Shown here: piece by piece, positions 18,873-27,663 of the stretch
Layout: each line of letters starts with the position of its first letter
Numbering within the stretch: position 1 is the first letter of the stretch
Origin: an uncultured Acidobacteriota bacterium
GTDB lineage: Bacteria; Acidobacteriota; UBA6911; RPQK01; JAPXNP01
DNA: 64,000 nt
Reading direction: 5' to 3'
Assembly (NCBI GenBank): GCA_963777605.1
Contig: CAVZRV010000008.1
Coordinates: 352,001 to 416,000 of the forward strand
Notes under the pieces: generated by a model
The model's input: only the letters and a program-made list of their open reading frames with translations
Database searches by the model: none
Told to the model about the DNA's origin: nothing
Program-made: the position numbers and the translations under genes

Positions 18873-20843
18873 ATGTCGAACAAAGAAAACCGGTGGATTC
18901 GGCACTTTGCGATTGTGTCGAGTGTGATCGTAATCAGTCTCGTCCTGTTTCGCGGAACCTTCGAGCAGGGGATGGAGATGGACGAGGTGACCCGGGTGAT
19001 CAACCTCATTCCCCTCCTCAACGGAGGGGCGCAGCCGGTCGGGAATGCCTTCCTGAGCTTCGATCTCTTTGGGCGGAGTGTCCCCGTCATGTTCAAAGAG
19101 TACATTTCATCGGCTTACCTGCTAAGGTTCGTGCCGCTGGCGTTTTTCCCCGATCCACTGACGGGCATCCGGTTTCTCTACTGGTTCTACTTCATTGCCT
19201 CGGTGCTCGTGTTTTACGCTGTAGCGGCCCGGCATGACTGGTACGTTGCCGCCTTTGGGGCTCTCCTGATCATTTCGTCACCTCTGTTCTACCCGGAGGT
19301 CCGGATCGGCTTTGCGGACACGCTCCACATCCTCTACGTGAGCGGAGCCGCTTACTTCTTCGAGCGTTTTCTCTTTCGCGGCGAACGAAGCAGAGACCTA
19401 TTTGTTGCGGTCTTCCTCCTCTTTTTCTGTGCCAACCAGATATTCTATTTTTCGTGGGTCATTGCCGCGGTGGGGCTGTCGGCGCTGCTTCTCTATCCGG
19501 GCTATGTCTGGGAGATCTTCCGCACGCCGGGGAGGTTCGTCGTCGTTTTCCTGGCTGCCTGTGCGGGACTGATCAATTTCGTGGTCTACAACCTGGTGTC
19601 CGGGATGCCGACGCTGGTGGTTCTCTTCAATCGCTGGTTTCGACCCGAGGAATACGCCCGGGCGCCGATTGACTTCAAGGTCACCCGTTCCCTCCCGGAC
19701 GAGATCCGGACGAAACTGATTCAGTTGCCGCAGTATTTCGATGCTGCGGATGTCTATGTGTGGGGATATCTCTGCGTTGCCGCGATTCTGGTCGTCTTCC
19801 TGTTGGTCTCCCTCTCCAAGGGTCGGCTAAAATCCCGGCGGCCCTATTTCTTCCCCGTCCTGGTTGCCTTGATAACCCTTGTCCTGGTCCTCCTGACCCC
19901 GAACACAACCCGGGTCGGGCACTATGTCTTTCTGGCCCCGGCTCTGCAACTCTCGGTAATCTCGGCGATCCTCGGCCTGGCATCTCTCCTCGGCAAAGGC
20001 AGGTTGAGCCGGTCGGTGACGTGGGTGGCCCCCCTGCTTGTCCTGACCGCCAATTTGACTGTCTCGAACGAAGCGATCGCCCGGCGCAACCGAACCGGGG
20101 GGACCCGCCTCTTTACGCCGGCTGTGTTCGAGTTTTCGGACTATTTGAACGAGCACTCGATCGATTCCCGCAACATTTTGTTCACGGTCTGGGGGCTCTA
20201 TGCACAGCCCTACTTTCTGAACTGGGGAGACTTCACGATCCGGCAGGTGGTCTACGACCTGATCGATCTTCGGGACGCGGCGGCGCAGCAGGCATTCATC
20301 GATCGACTCTTCTGCTCATACCAGGCCCTGCCAATTTCGGGCGATCGGCTCTACCTCCCGCTCTACGCCGACTATCGGACCGACATCAACGACGCGTTGC
20401 TTGATTACCTGGATGTTCAGGGCGCCGAGGTCACGCTGGAGAAGAGCTTCCTTGAGAAGAACGGTACCCCGGCCATCCTCCTTTACCGGGTTGACGGGGT
20501 GCCGGCACTGATGAAGGAGTGCTGTGCCCCCATTCGCCAGGCTCCGGCCTGCAGCGATATTGCCATCACGAAGTACGGTCCGGAGTCAGTTGCGCCGGAC
20601 CGAGAAGAAGACCTGGCAATGTGGTTCATGGGAACGAACCTGACCCCTTCCACCCGGGTCACTCTCGACGGGATCCTGCTCCGAACGGTTTTCGCCGGGG
20701 ATTATGTCACGGCCCTGGTTCCCGCGGCGCGCACCCGGGAAGCAGGGCAGTACCCTCTCAACCTTTACGATTTCGGTCAGAAGTGCCACTCCAACACCGT
20801 TCAACTGAAGGTGGAAAAGCAGGCTAGAAAAGGGGATAAATGA
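18873..20843 (+). CDS. Multi-TM GT-C (ArnT/PMT-like) glycosyltransferase-like protein with a C-terminal Ig/IPT-like domain
   Basis: Acidic EMDE after TM1, about 11 TM segments, periplasmic C-terminal region ending in GTNLTPSTRVTLDG...VTALVPA beta-rich domain. Confidence 0.6.
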   Translation: MSNKENRWIRHFAIVSSVIVISLVLFRGTFEQGMEMDEVTRVINLIPLLNGGAQPVGNAFLSFDLFGRSVPVMFKEYISSAYLLRFVPLAFFPDPLTGIRFLYWFYFIASVLVFYAVAARHDWYVAAFGALLIISSPLFYPEVRIGFADTLHILYVSGAAYFFERFLFRGERSRDLFVAVFLLFFCANQIFYFSWVIAAVGLSALLLYPGYVWEIFRTPGRFVVVFLAACAGLINFVVYNLVSGMPTLVVLFNRWFRPEEYARAPIDFKVTRSLPDEIRTKLIQLPQYFDAADVYVWGYLCVAAILVVFLLVSLSKGRLKSRRPYFFPVLVALITLVLVLLTPNTTRVGHYVFLAPALQLSVISAILGLASLLGKGRLSRSVTWVAPLLVLTANLTVSNEAIARRNRTGGTRLFTPAVFEFSDYLNEHSIDSRNILFTVWGLYAQPYFLNWGDFTIRQVVYDLIDLRDAAAQQAFIDRLFCSYQALPISGDRLYLPLYADYRTDINDALLDYLDVQGAEVTLEKSFLEKNGTPAILLYRVDGVPALMKECCAPIRQAPACSDIAITKYGPESVAPDREEDLAMWFMGTNLTPSTRVTLDGILLRTVFAGDYVTALVPAARTREAGQYPLNLYDFGQKCHSNTVQLKVEKQARKGDK

Positions 20844-21021
20844 AAGGGCCGGCCGCAGTTCCACCGAGAATCAGGAGAACTCCGAACAGGAGCAGCACCA
20901 GTAGGATCGGCAGCAGCCACCACTTCTTGTTGTGACGGAGGAAGTCGATCATTTCACGGGCCAGGCCGGTGCGGGCACTGTGTCCGGCGCGTTGGAACTC
21001 AGATTCCTGGTCGTGACTCAT
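20824..21021 (-). CDS. DUF5989 / SxtK-like small membrane protein
   Basis: FLRHNKKWWLLPILLVLLLFGVLLILGGTAAGPFIYPLF signature. Confidence 0.85.
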   Translation of the reverse strand: MSHDQESEFQRAGHSARTGLAREMIDFLRHNKKWWLLPILLVLLLFGVLLILGGTAAGPFIYPLF

Positions 21022-21041
21022 TTCAGGCTCCCTGTCTATGG

Positions 21042-21473
21042 CTAAAACTGTCGGAAGTAGTCTTTTGCCGAACGCTCCCTCTTCCGCGTCACCCAGTAAG
21101 TGTCCACACCCGAGGGTTTGCTCCGGTGCAGTGGGTCCCATCCGACCATTTTAAGGATGAGCCCGACGATTGAGAAGACGACGAAGTAGAGTATGCCCAG
21201 CAGGACGTGGCTGAGCACCCATCCGATCGGAAACGCGGCTCCCATCCAGCCGAGGTAGACCGGGCGAAGCCAGGATGGCCGAACGCTCGCGAGCAGGATC
21301 GCCAGCACGGATAGAACGAAGAAGACCAGAGCAGAAGTCGGGGGAGCACTTCCCTGGCTCCAACTTCTCCAGGCCGTGACAGCGCCGACAAGCAGGCAGG
21401 CCGCAGCCATGAGCCAGCCGAACTGGCGGAGGGTGCGCAGGTCTGGTTTCCAGTCGATCGTAATCAGGCTCAT
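21042..21473 (-). CDS. SxtJ family membrane protein
   Basis: LRQFG, LRPVYLGWM...PIGWV, DPL...TYW...Y.RQF. Confidence 0.8.
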   Translation of the reverse strand: MSLITIDWKPDLRTLRQFGWLMAAACLLVGAVTAWRSWSQGSAPPTSALVFFVLSVLAILLASVRPSWLRPVYLGWMGAAFPIGWVLSHVLLGILYFVVFSIVGLILKMVGWDPLHRSKPSGVDTYWVTRKRERSAKDYFRQF

Positions 21474-21557
21474 GTAACAAGGACGCCGCCGGCCGTCCGG
21501 CTCGGGATCCGGGAGAAACGCCGACCAGGCCGGCATTCATCTCCCCTCCAAAATCGA

Positions 21558-23393
21558 TTAGTCGAGGTCGAAGCGGGACAGGTGCTCGCGCGTGCGAACC
21601 CGGTTGGCCGCCGGCTGGTCCTCCTTTCTCAACAGGTAGTCTCCCAGAACCAGCACGTCCATGTCGGTCGCCATAAAACACCGGTAGGCATCTTCGGGCG
21701 TGCAGACGATCGGTTCGCCACGGACGTTGAAACTGGTGTTGATGACGACCGGGTTCCCGGACAGCGTTTCGAACGCCCTCAGGAGCCCGTGGAACCGGGG
21801 GTTACGGGTCTGGTCCACCGTCTGCACCCGGGCCGAGAAATCAACGTGGGTTACCGCGGGAATTTCCGAGCGGCAGACGGGGAGCTTGTCGAAGCCGGTC
21901 GATTGTTCGAGCTGGTCGAGACAGTCGGTACGTATGACGTCACGGACGTCGGCAACCAGCAGCATGTAGGGGCTCTCGGTGTTCTCGCTCAGTCCGAAGA
22001 ACTCGGAAGCCCTCTCCCGCAGGACCGCAGGGGCGAACGGGCGGAAGGACTCCCGAAACTTGATTTTCAGATTCAGCTGTTTCTGCATTTCCGGAGACCT
22101 GGCATCGCCGAGGATGCTCCGGTTTCCCAATGCCCGCGGGCCAAACTCCATTCTCCCCTGGAACCAGCCCACGACCTTGCGGCTTTCGATCAACTGCGCG
22201 ACCGACCGCTGAAGTTCATCGAGGTCCTCGATGTGATCGCACCGCGCCCCGACCGAGTCCAGAAAGCGCGCGATCGAATCCTCCGTGTATTCGGGGCCCA
22301 GCAGCGTGCCCGCCTGAGCATCGTCCGGTTCCGGTTGGCGAGGGTTCTGAAGAAGCTGGTACCAGGTGAACAGGGCCGCTCCCAGCGCCCCTCCCGCGTC
22401 TCCCCCGGCGGGTTGGATCCAGAGGTGATCGACTCCCCCCTCGCGCAGGATTTCCCCATTGGCGACACAGTTGAGGGCGACTCCTCCAGCCAGGCAGAGG
22501 TTTTTCATCCCGGTTTCCTGGAGCGCGAAGCGGGCCATGCGCAGCAGAATCTCCTCGGTGACCTTCTGGATGCTGGCGGCCAGGTCCATGTGGAACTGGG
22601 TCAGGGGTGACTCGGGAGTTCGCGGAGGTGCGCCGAAAAGCTGGTGAAACCTGGGGCCGGTCATGGTGAGCCCCTGGCAGTAGTTGAAGTAGTCCTGGTT
22701 CATCCAGAACGAACCGTCCGGCTTGATGTCGAGCAACCGGGTCCGGATCAGGTCGGCAAACCGGGGTTCCCCGTAGGGTGCCAGTCCCATCAGCTTGTAC
22801 TCGCCGCTGTTGACCTTGAAACCGGTGTAGTAGGTGAACGCGGAATAGAGGAGTCCGAGGGAGTGCGGAAACCTGAGTTCGCGAATCAGTTCAATGCGGT
22901 TGGAGCGGCCCGTTCCGATGGTGGCGGTGGCCCACTCTCCGACTCCGTCCACCGTCAGGATCGCGGCCTCTTCGAAAGGTGACGGGAAAAAGGCACTCGC
23001 CGCGTGAGATTCGTGATGCTCCAGGAAGACATACCTTCCCCGGTAGGAATTGGATAGCTCCCGATCGAGGGTTTTCTGGATGAACAGCTTCTCCTTGAGC
23101 CAGAGCGGGAGGGCCCGGCTGAAGCTGCGAATTCCGCGTGGGGCAAAGGCCAGGTAGGTCTCGAGGAGGCGGTCGAACTTCAGGAGCGGCTTCTCGTAGA
23201 AGACAACGTAGTCGAGGTCTTCCGTCGTCAGGCCGGCGTGATCCAGGCAGTAGGAGACAGAAGCGGAGGGAAATCCCGCGTCGTGTTTCTTGCGTGAGAA
23301 GCGCTCTTCCTGGGCGGCAGCTGCAATGACCCCGTCCTGGACGAGAGCCGCAGCCGAGTCATGATAAAAAGCGGATATCCCGAGAATGTTCAT
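21558..23393 (-). CDS. Carbamoyltransferase (NodU/CmcH/SxtI family)
   Basis: ILGISAFYHDSAAAL, AQEERFSRKKH, HHESHAASAF, GEYKLMGLAPYG, AGGVALNC, GRMEFGPRALGNRSIL, KFRESFRPFAP, NTSFNVRGEP. Confidence 0.93.
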   Translation of the reverse strand: MNILGISAFYHDSAAALVQDGVIAAAAQEERFSRKKHDAGFPSASVSYCLDHAGLTTEDLDYVVFYEKPLLKFDRLLETYLAFAPRGIRSFSRALPLWLKEKLFIQKTLDRELSNSYRGRYVFLEHHESHAASAFFPSPFEEAAILTVDGVGEWATATIGTGRSNRIELIRELRFPHSLGLLYSAFTYYTGFKVNSGEYKLMGLAPYGEPRFADLIRTRLLDIKPDGSFWMNQDYFNYCQGLTMTGPRFHQLFGAPPRTPESPLTQFHMDLAASIQKVTEEILLRMARFALQETGMKNLCLAGGVALNCVANGEILREGGVDHLWIQPAGGDAGGALGAALFTWYQLLQNPRQPEPDDAQAGTLLGPEYTEDSIARFLDSVGARCDHIEDLDELQRSVAQLIESRKVVGWFQGRMEFGPRALGNRSILGDARSPEMQKQLNLKIKFRESFRPFAPAVLRERASEFFGLSENTESPYMLLVADVRDVIRTDCLDQLEQSTGFDKLPVCRSEIPAVTHVDFSARVQTVDQTRNPRFHGLLRAFETLSGNPVVINTSFNVRGEPIVCTPEDAYRCFMATDMDVLVLGDYLLRKEDQPAANRVRTREHLSRFDLD

Positions 23394-23426
23394 GCCGGAC
23401 AAGAATGCTCATGATATCCGATTCAG

Positions 23427-23450
23427 CGTAGGGCAAGCGTCCCCGCTCGC
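23427..23450 (+). repeat. GTAG-type REP hairpin (family A)
   Basis: GTAGGGCAAGCGTCCCCGCTCGCC. Confidence 0.6.
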
Positions 23451-23473
23451 CGCGAAGTCGAAACCAGGAACAG

Positions 23474-24664
23474 TCAGGCCTCGAGCAGCAGCAACTCACT
23501 CTGAGGCGAGGTCGTGACCTCGGGTCCCGACGGCGTAATGTAGACATTGAGCTCGCTGCGGATCCCGAAATCTTCCAGGTAAATACCCGGCTCGATGGTG
23601 CACCCGATGCCGGGAACGACCTCGCGGGTGTCATGAGTTTCGAGGTTGTCGAAGTTGACGCCGTTTCCGTGTACCTCCGTGCCGACGTTGTGCCCGGTTC
23701 GATGGATAAAGAATTCGCCGTAGCCGTTATCCTGAATGACCTCGCGCACGGCGTCATCGACTTCCCAACCCTGGATCGCGTGGCCGGAGCCGATCTGCTT
23801 CGCCAGGAATTCGACGCCGGCGTCCCGGGCCCGGCGCACGATGTCGAACACTTCCTGGATCCGTGACGGGGACGATGAGCCGAAGAAGCCGGTCCAGGTG
23901 ATGTCGGCGTACACCGCCCCCGGTTCTTTCTTCTTGGCCCAAAGGTCGATCAGAAGGAGGTCACCACGTCGGATGGCGGATGCCGTGTCGGGTTCAGGGG
24001 CGTAGTGCGGGTTCCCGCATGACCGTTTGCCGCCACGATGGGAGGGAAGTCGGTTTCCATCGACTCTTCGTTGAGGCGGCGCATCAGGAAGTCCTGAATC
24101 TCCATCTCGTCAGTGGCGCCCCGTTCGTGAATGAGTTGCCGCGCCCTGTCGAAGGCCTCGTGCATGAGCCTGGTGACGATCCGGGCGGACTCCCGGTGCC
24201 CCGCCAGTTGAGCGTCGCTCCAGACGCATTCGAAGTACTGGATCAGATTGGCGGACGTTTTGATCTCGGGAACCCATTGCCGGACCAGTTCCAGGGTTCC
24301 GGCATCGACCTTGGAAACGTAGGGGATGCGCTCCGTCCGGCGAGTACTGCATGGCCAGTGTTCCGAGTCCCGCGAGAGCCGCCGCAAGGTGTTCCTGCAG
24401 AGACGGCCATCCCAGGTAGACCTTTCTTTCTCCGGGCAGGCTGTCGAGTTTTCCCCTCTCGATGCGATGAACGATTTTGACCGGGGCCCCCTCTGCAGGG
24501 ATCAGGTAGAACCAGCGGCGCGTGGTGTGAGACTCCGCGTCGAGTCCCAGAATCTGGTAGCCGATCGGGTCACTGCCGCGGAAGTCGAAGAAAAGCCACC
24601 CGTCGATGCCCGACTCCCGGAGGATGTTCTGAATTCGTTCGACGACCGCTGTACTGTTTTCCAT
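23474..24664 (-). CDS. Xaa-Pro peptidase family (M24) metallopeptidase, two frameshifts (about 24330 and 24013)
   Basis: DGWLFFDFRG, RRWFYLIP, IPYVSKVDAGT, HAGNPHY (reconstructed), LLIDLWAK, YADITW, FIHRTGH, TIEPGIY, GIRSE. Confidence 0.82.
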
Positions 24665-25389
24665 CAGAGTTGATACCTTTCCAGGATAGTCTTCCTGATT
24701 CGCTCCGCCACTTCCTCGAGGGGCTCGTCCCGGTAGTCTTCATATTCAACCACCGGGTGAATCACCAGCCCCATGCGCCCGGGGTGGATCACCACCGAGC
24801 CGCGCCGGAGACGCTTATGCGCCCCGATTATGGTGATCGGGACGATGGGGGCTTCGGCATGTTTCGGCAGCAGAAAGGCGCCCCGCTTGAACCGTTCGGT
24901 GACACCGTCCATAGTACGCATCCCCTCGGGATAGATCACGAAGGACATCCCGTTGCGAATCCGTTCCGCTACATCCTGGTAGAGACGGATCGTCTGTCTC
25001 GGGTTGCGGTTGTGGACAGGGATGTTCCCTGAGCGGCTCAAGTGCCATCCCAGGAAGGGGATTCGGAAGAGGGAGGCCTTGGCTGCAAACCGAAACTGAA
25101 ACGGGATGAAACGGAGCAGCGCCCAGTGGTCAAACATGCTCAGGTGGTTGGCCATGAGCACGTATCCGCGTCCCGGTTGCAGTTTCTCGAGGCCTTCGAC
25201 ATCGACTTCGACGCGAGAGACGAGGAAGATGAATCCGGCCCACAGGCGGGCGCAACGGTGCTGCATGCGTCCCGTTCTGTCCAGGAGTGAAAAGAGGACA
25301 CTGACCGTCGATAACAGTCCCGTCATCAGAAGGATGACCGGGACCCGCCAGATCGAGTTCACGACGGGCAGAATTTCATTTCGCCGCAT
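24664..25389 (-). CDS. plsC: 1-acyl-sn-glycerol-3-phosphate acyltransferase
   Basis: NHLSMFD, AKASLFRIPFLGW, YPEGMRT, FKRGAF. Confidence 0.88.
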   Translation of the reverse strand: MRRNEILPVVNSIWRVPVILLMTGLLSTVSVLFSLLDRTGRMQHRCARLWAGFIFLVSRVEVDVEGLEKLQPGRGYVLMANHLSMFDHWALLRFIPFQFRFAAKASLFRIPFLGWHLSRSGNIPVHNRNPRQTIRLYQDVAERIRNGMSFVIYPEGMRTMDGVTERFKRGAFLLPKHAEAPIVPITIIGAHKRLRRGSVVIHPGRMGLVIHPVVEYEDYRDEPLEEVAERIRKTILERYQL

Positions 25390-25525
25390 GAAGGCCAACA
25401 TTTTGGCACGAGCCTCGCCCCGTGTCGACTTGACCGTCTCGGCCGCGAGAGTAACGGATGCACGGAGCCTGGAAATGGCCTATACTCCATGCCCGAAGCT
25501 TCAATACCATGCACCCGGAGGAATC

Positions 25526-26608
25526 GTGAGCGAGGTTTATATCGTCACCGGAGGAGCCGGCTTTATCGGCTCCAATTTCGTGCGCACCTGCATGGCCCGC
25601 AAGGCCGGCCGGGTGGTCGTTCTGGACAAGCTGACATACGCCGGAAACCGGGACAACCTCGGGGATTTCGAGGTGGATTCGGATTTCAGGTTTGTCGAAG
25701 GAGACATCGCCGACCGAGAGTTGGTCCGTCGTCTGATCGGGGAAGAGCAGCCCACGGCGATTCTCAATTTTGCGGCCGAGACCCATGTCGATCGTTCGAT
25801 CGACGATCCCGAGTCGTTCTTGCATACTAACGTTCTGGGGACCTTCGTACTCCTCGACGAATCGCGGTCGTTCTGGCAGGGGCTGGAGGGAGGCGGGCGA
25901 GACCGGTTCCGGTTTGTCCAGGTATCGACTGACGAAGTCTATGGGAGCCTGGGAGAGACGGGGCTTTTCTCGGAAACGACCCCGGTCGATCCGAGTTCTC
26001 CCTACTCCGCTTCCAAGGCGTCAGCCGATCATTTCGGGCAGGCGTTCTTTCGGACTTACGGCCTGCCGACGCTGATCACCAATTGTTCCAACAACTACGG
26101 CCCTTACCAGTTTCCCGAGAAACTGCTCCCCCTGATGACGCTGAATGCCCTCGAGGGCAAGCCGCTCCCGATATACGGAGACGGGGGAAACGTCCGGGAC
26201 TGGCTCTACGTCGAGGACCACTGCCTGGGGATCCTGGAAGTACTGCGCCGTGGCCGCCCTGGGGAACGCTACAACTTGGGCGGAAAGTGCGAGAAGCGGA
26301 ACATTGAGATAGTCGACTTGCTCTGTGGCCTGCTCGAAGAGTTGAAGCCCGCCTCAAAGAACCCGGCTCTTCAGAGGGCCGGAAAAGGCGGCTACCTGGA
26401 CCTGAAAACCTTCGTCCCTGACCGGCCGGGACATGACCGGCGATACGCCATCGACACGACAAAGGTCGAGCGGGAACTGGGGTGGAGGCCGTCGCACACG
26501 TTCGAGAGCGGACTGCGCAAAACCGTGAGTTGGTATCTGGAACATCTGGATTGGTGTGAATCGGTACAGTCCAGGGGTTACCGTCGCGAGCGTCTGGGGT
26601 TGGGTTAG
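25526..26608 (+). CDS. rfbB: dTDP-glucose 4,6-dehydratase
   Basis: VTGGAGFIGSNF, DKLTYAGN, AAETHVDRSI, STDEVYG, YSASK, DRPGHDRRYAID; GGAGG SD before GTG 25526. Confidence 0.95.
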   Translation: MSEVYIVTGGAGFIGSNFVRTCMARKAGRVVVLDKLTYAGNRDNLGDFEVDSDFRFVEGDIADRELVRRLIGEEQPTAILNFAAETHVDRSIDDPESFLHTNVLGTFVLLDESRSFWQGLEGGGRDRFRFVQVSTDEVYGSLGETGLFSETTPVDPSSPYSASKASADHFGQAFFRTYGLPTLITNCSNNYGPYQFPEKLLPLMTLNALEGKPLPIYGDGGNVRDWLYVEDHCLGILEVLRRGRPGERYNLGGKCEKRNIEIVDLLCGLLEELKPASKNPALQRAGKGGYLDLKTFVPDRPGHDRRYAIDTTKVERELGWRPSHTFESGLRKTVSWYLEHLDWCESVQSRGYRRERLGLG

Positions 26609-26696
26609 CGCACGCGAGACCGGAGGAAGGTCCATTCCCCGCATCACCCACCCGGGGGCGAGGGCGGCACATTGATCCGAGAAGAAGGAATTGAAC

Positions 26697-27566
26697 ATGA
26701 AGGGAATCGTATTGGCCGGAGGCTCGGGAACACGGCTGTACCCCCTGACCCGGGCGGTCAGCAAGCAGCTTGTCCCAGTCTATGACAAGCCCATGATCTA
26801 CTATCCTCTCTCCGTCCTCATGCTGGCGGGGATCCGGGATGTCCTGGTCGTCACCACGCCCCACGAACAGGCCAGTTTCCAAGGCTTGCTCGGCGACGGG
26901 AGCTGGTTCGGAATGAATTTCAGCTATGCTGCCCAGCCCCGGCCCGAAGGGATTGCCCAAGCCTTCGTTATCGGGCGGGAGTTCATTGGGGCCGATCGAG
27001 TCGCCCTCATCCTGGGAGACAACCTGCTCTACGGTCACGGTCTCTCGGAGTCGCTCCAGCGCTCGGCAGGACGGGAGTCCGGGGCAACGGTTTTCGCCTA
27101 CCCGGTCAGCGATCCGGAACGTTACGGCGTGGTCTCGTTCGACGAGTCGGGACGAGCCGTTCAGATCGAGGAGAAGCCGGCCAAGCCCCGTTCCAATTTC
27201 GCGGTCACCGGGCTCTACTTCTACGACAACCAGGTGGTCGAGATCGCTGGGGCACTCAAGCCTTCGGCGCGGGGTGAACTGGAGATCACCGACGTCAACC
27301 GGGCCTACCTCGAACTTGGAAAGCTGCAAGTGGAGCGGCTGGGCCGGGGAGTGGCCTGGCTGGACACCGGCACTCCGGAATCTCTGCTGCAGGCATCCAA
27401 TTTCATCCAGACTCTGGAGCAGCGCCAGGGCCTCGCGGTTGCCTGTCTCGAAGAGATCGCCATGAGGATGGGCTACCTGTCTCGCGAGGAAGTCCGCGAG
27501 CGCGCCGAAACGATGTCCAACAGCTCCTATGGCGAGTACCTGTTGAGGGTACTCGACAACAGCTAG
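26697..27566 (+). CDS. rfbA: Glucose-1-phosphate thymidylyltransferase
   Basis: [52 protein letters not shown]. Confidence 0.96.
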   Translation: MKGIVLAGGSGTRLYPLTRAVSKQLVPVYDKPMIYYPLSVLMLAGIRDVLVVTTPHEQASFQGLLGDGSWFGMNFSYAAQPRPEGIAQAFVIGREFIGADRVALILGDNLLYGHGLSESLQRSAGRESGATVFAYPVSDPERYGVVSFDESGRAVQIEEKPAKPRSNFAVTGLYFYDNQVVEIAGALKPSARGELEITDVNRAYLELGKLQVERLGRGVAWLDTGTPESLLQASNFIQTLEQRQGLAVACLEEIAMRMGYLSREEVRERAETMSNSSYGEYLLRVLDNS

Positions 27567-27663
27567 TCGGAAAGGTCCGACCAGTCCGCTTTGCCTGACT
27601 CGTCTGACGGGTTTACCCCAGGCCGCTCGGCGTCGGTGAGGCCGTGTGCTAACATTCGATTCC

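Noticed and set aside
20824-23393. Saxitoxin biosynthesis cluster
   Set aside because: No sxtA, sxtG or other core genes; only the widespread I/J/K-like triplet is present.
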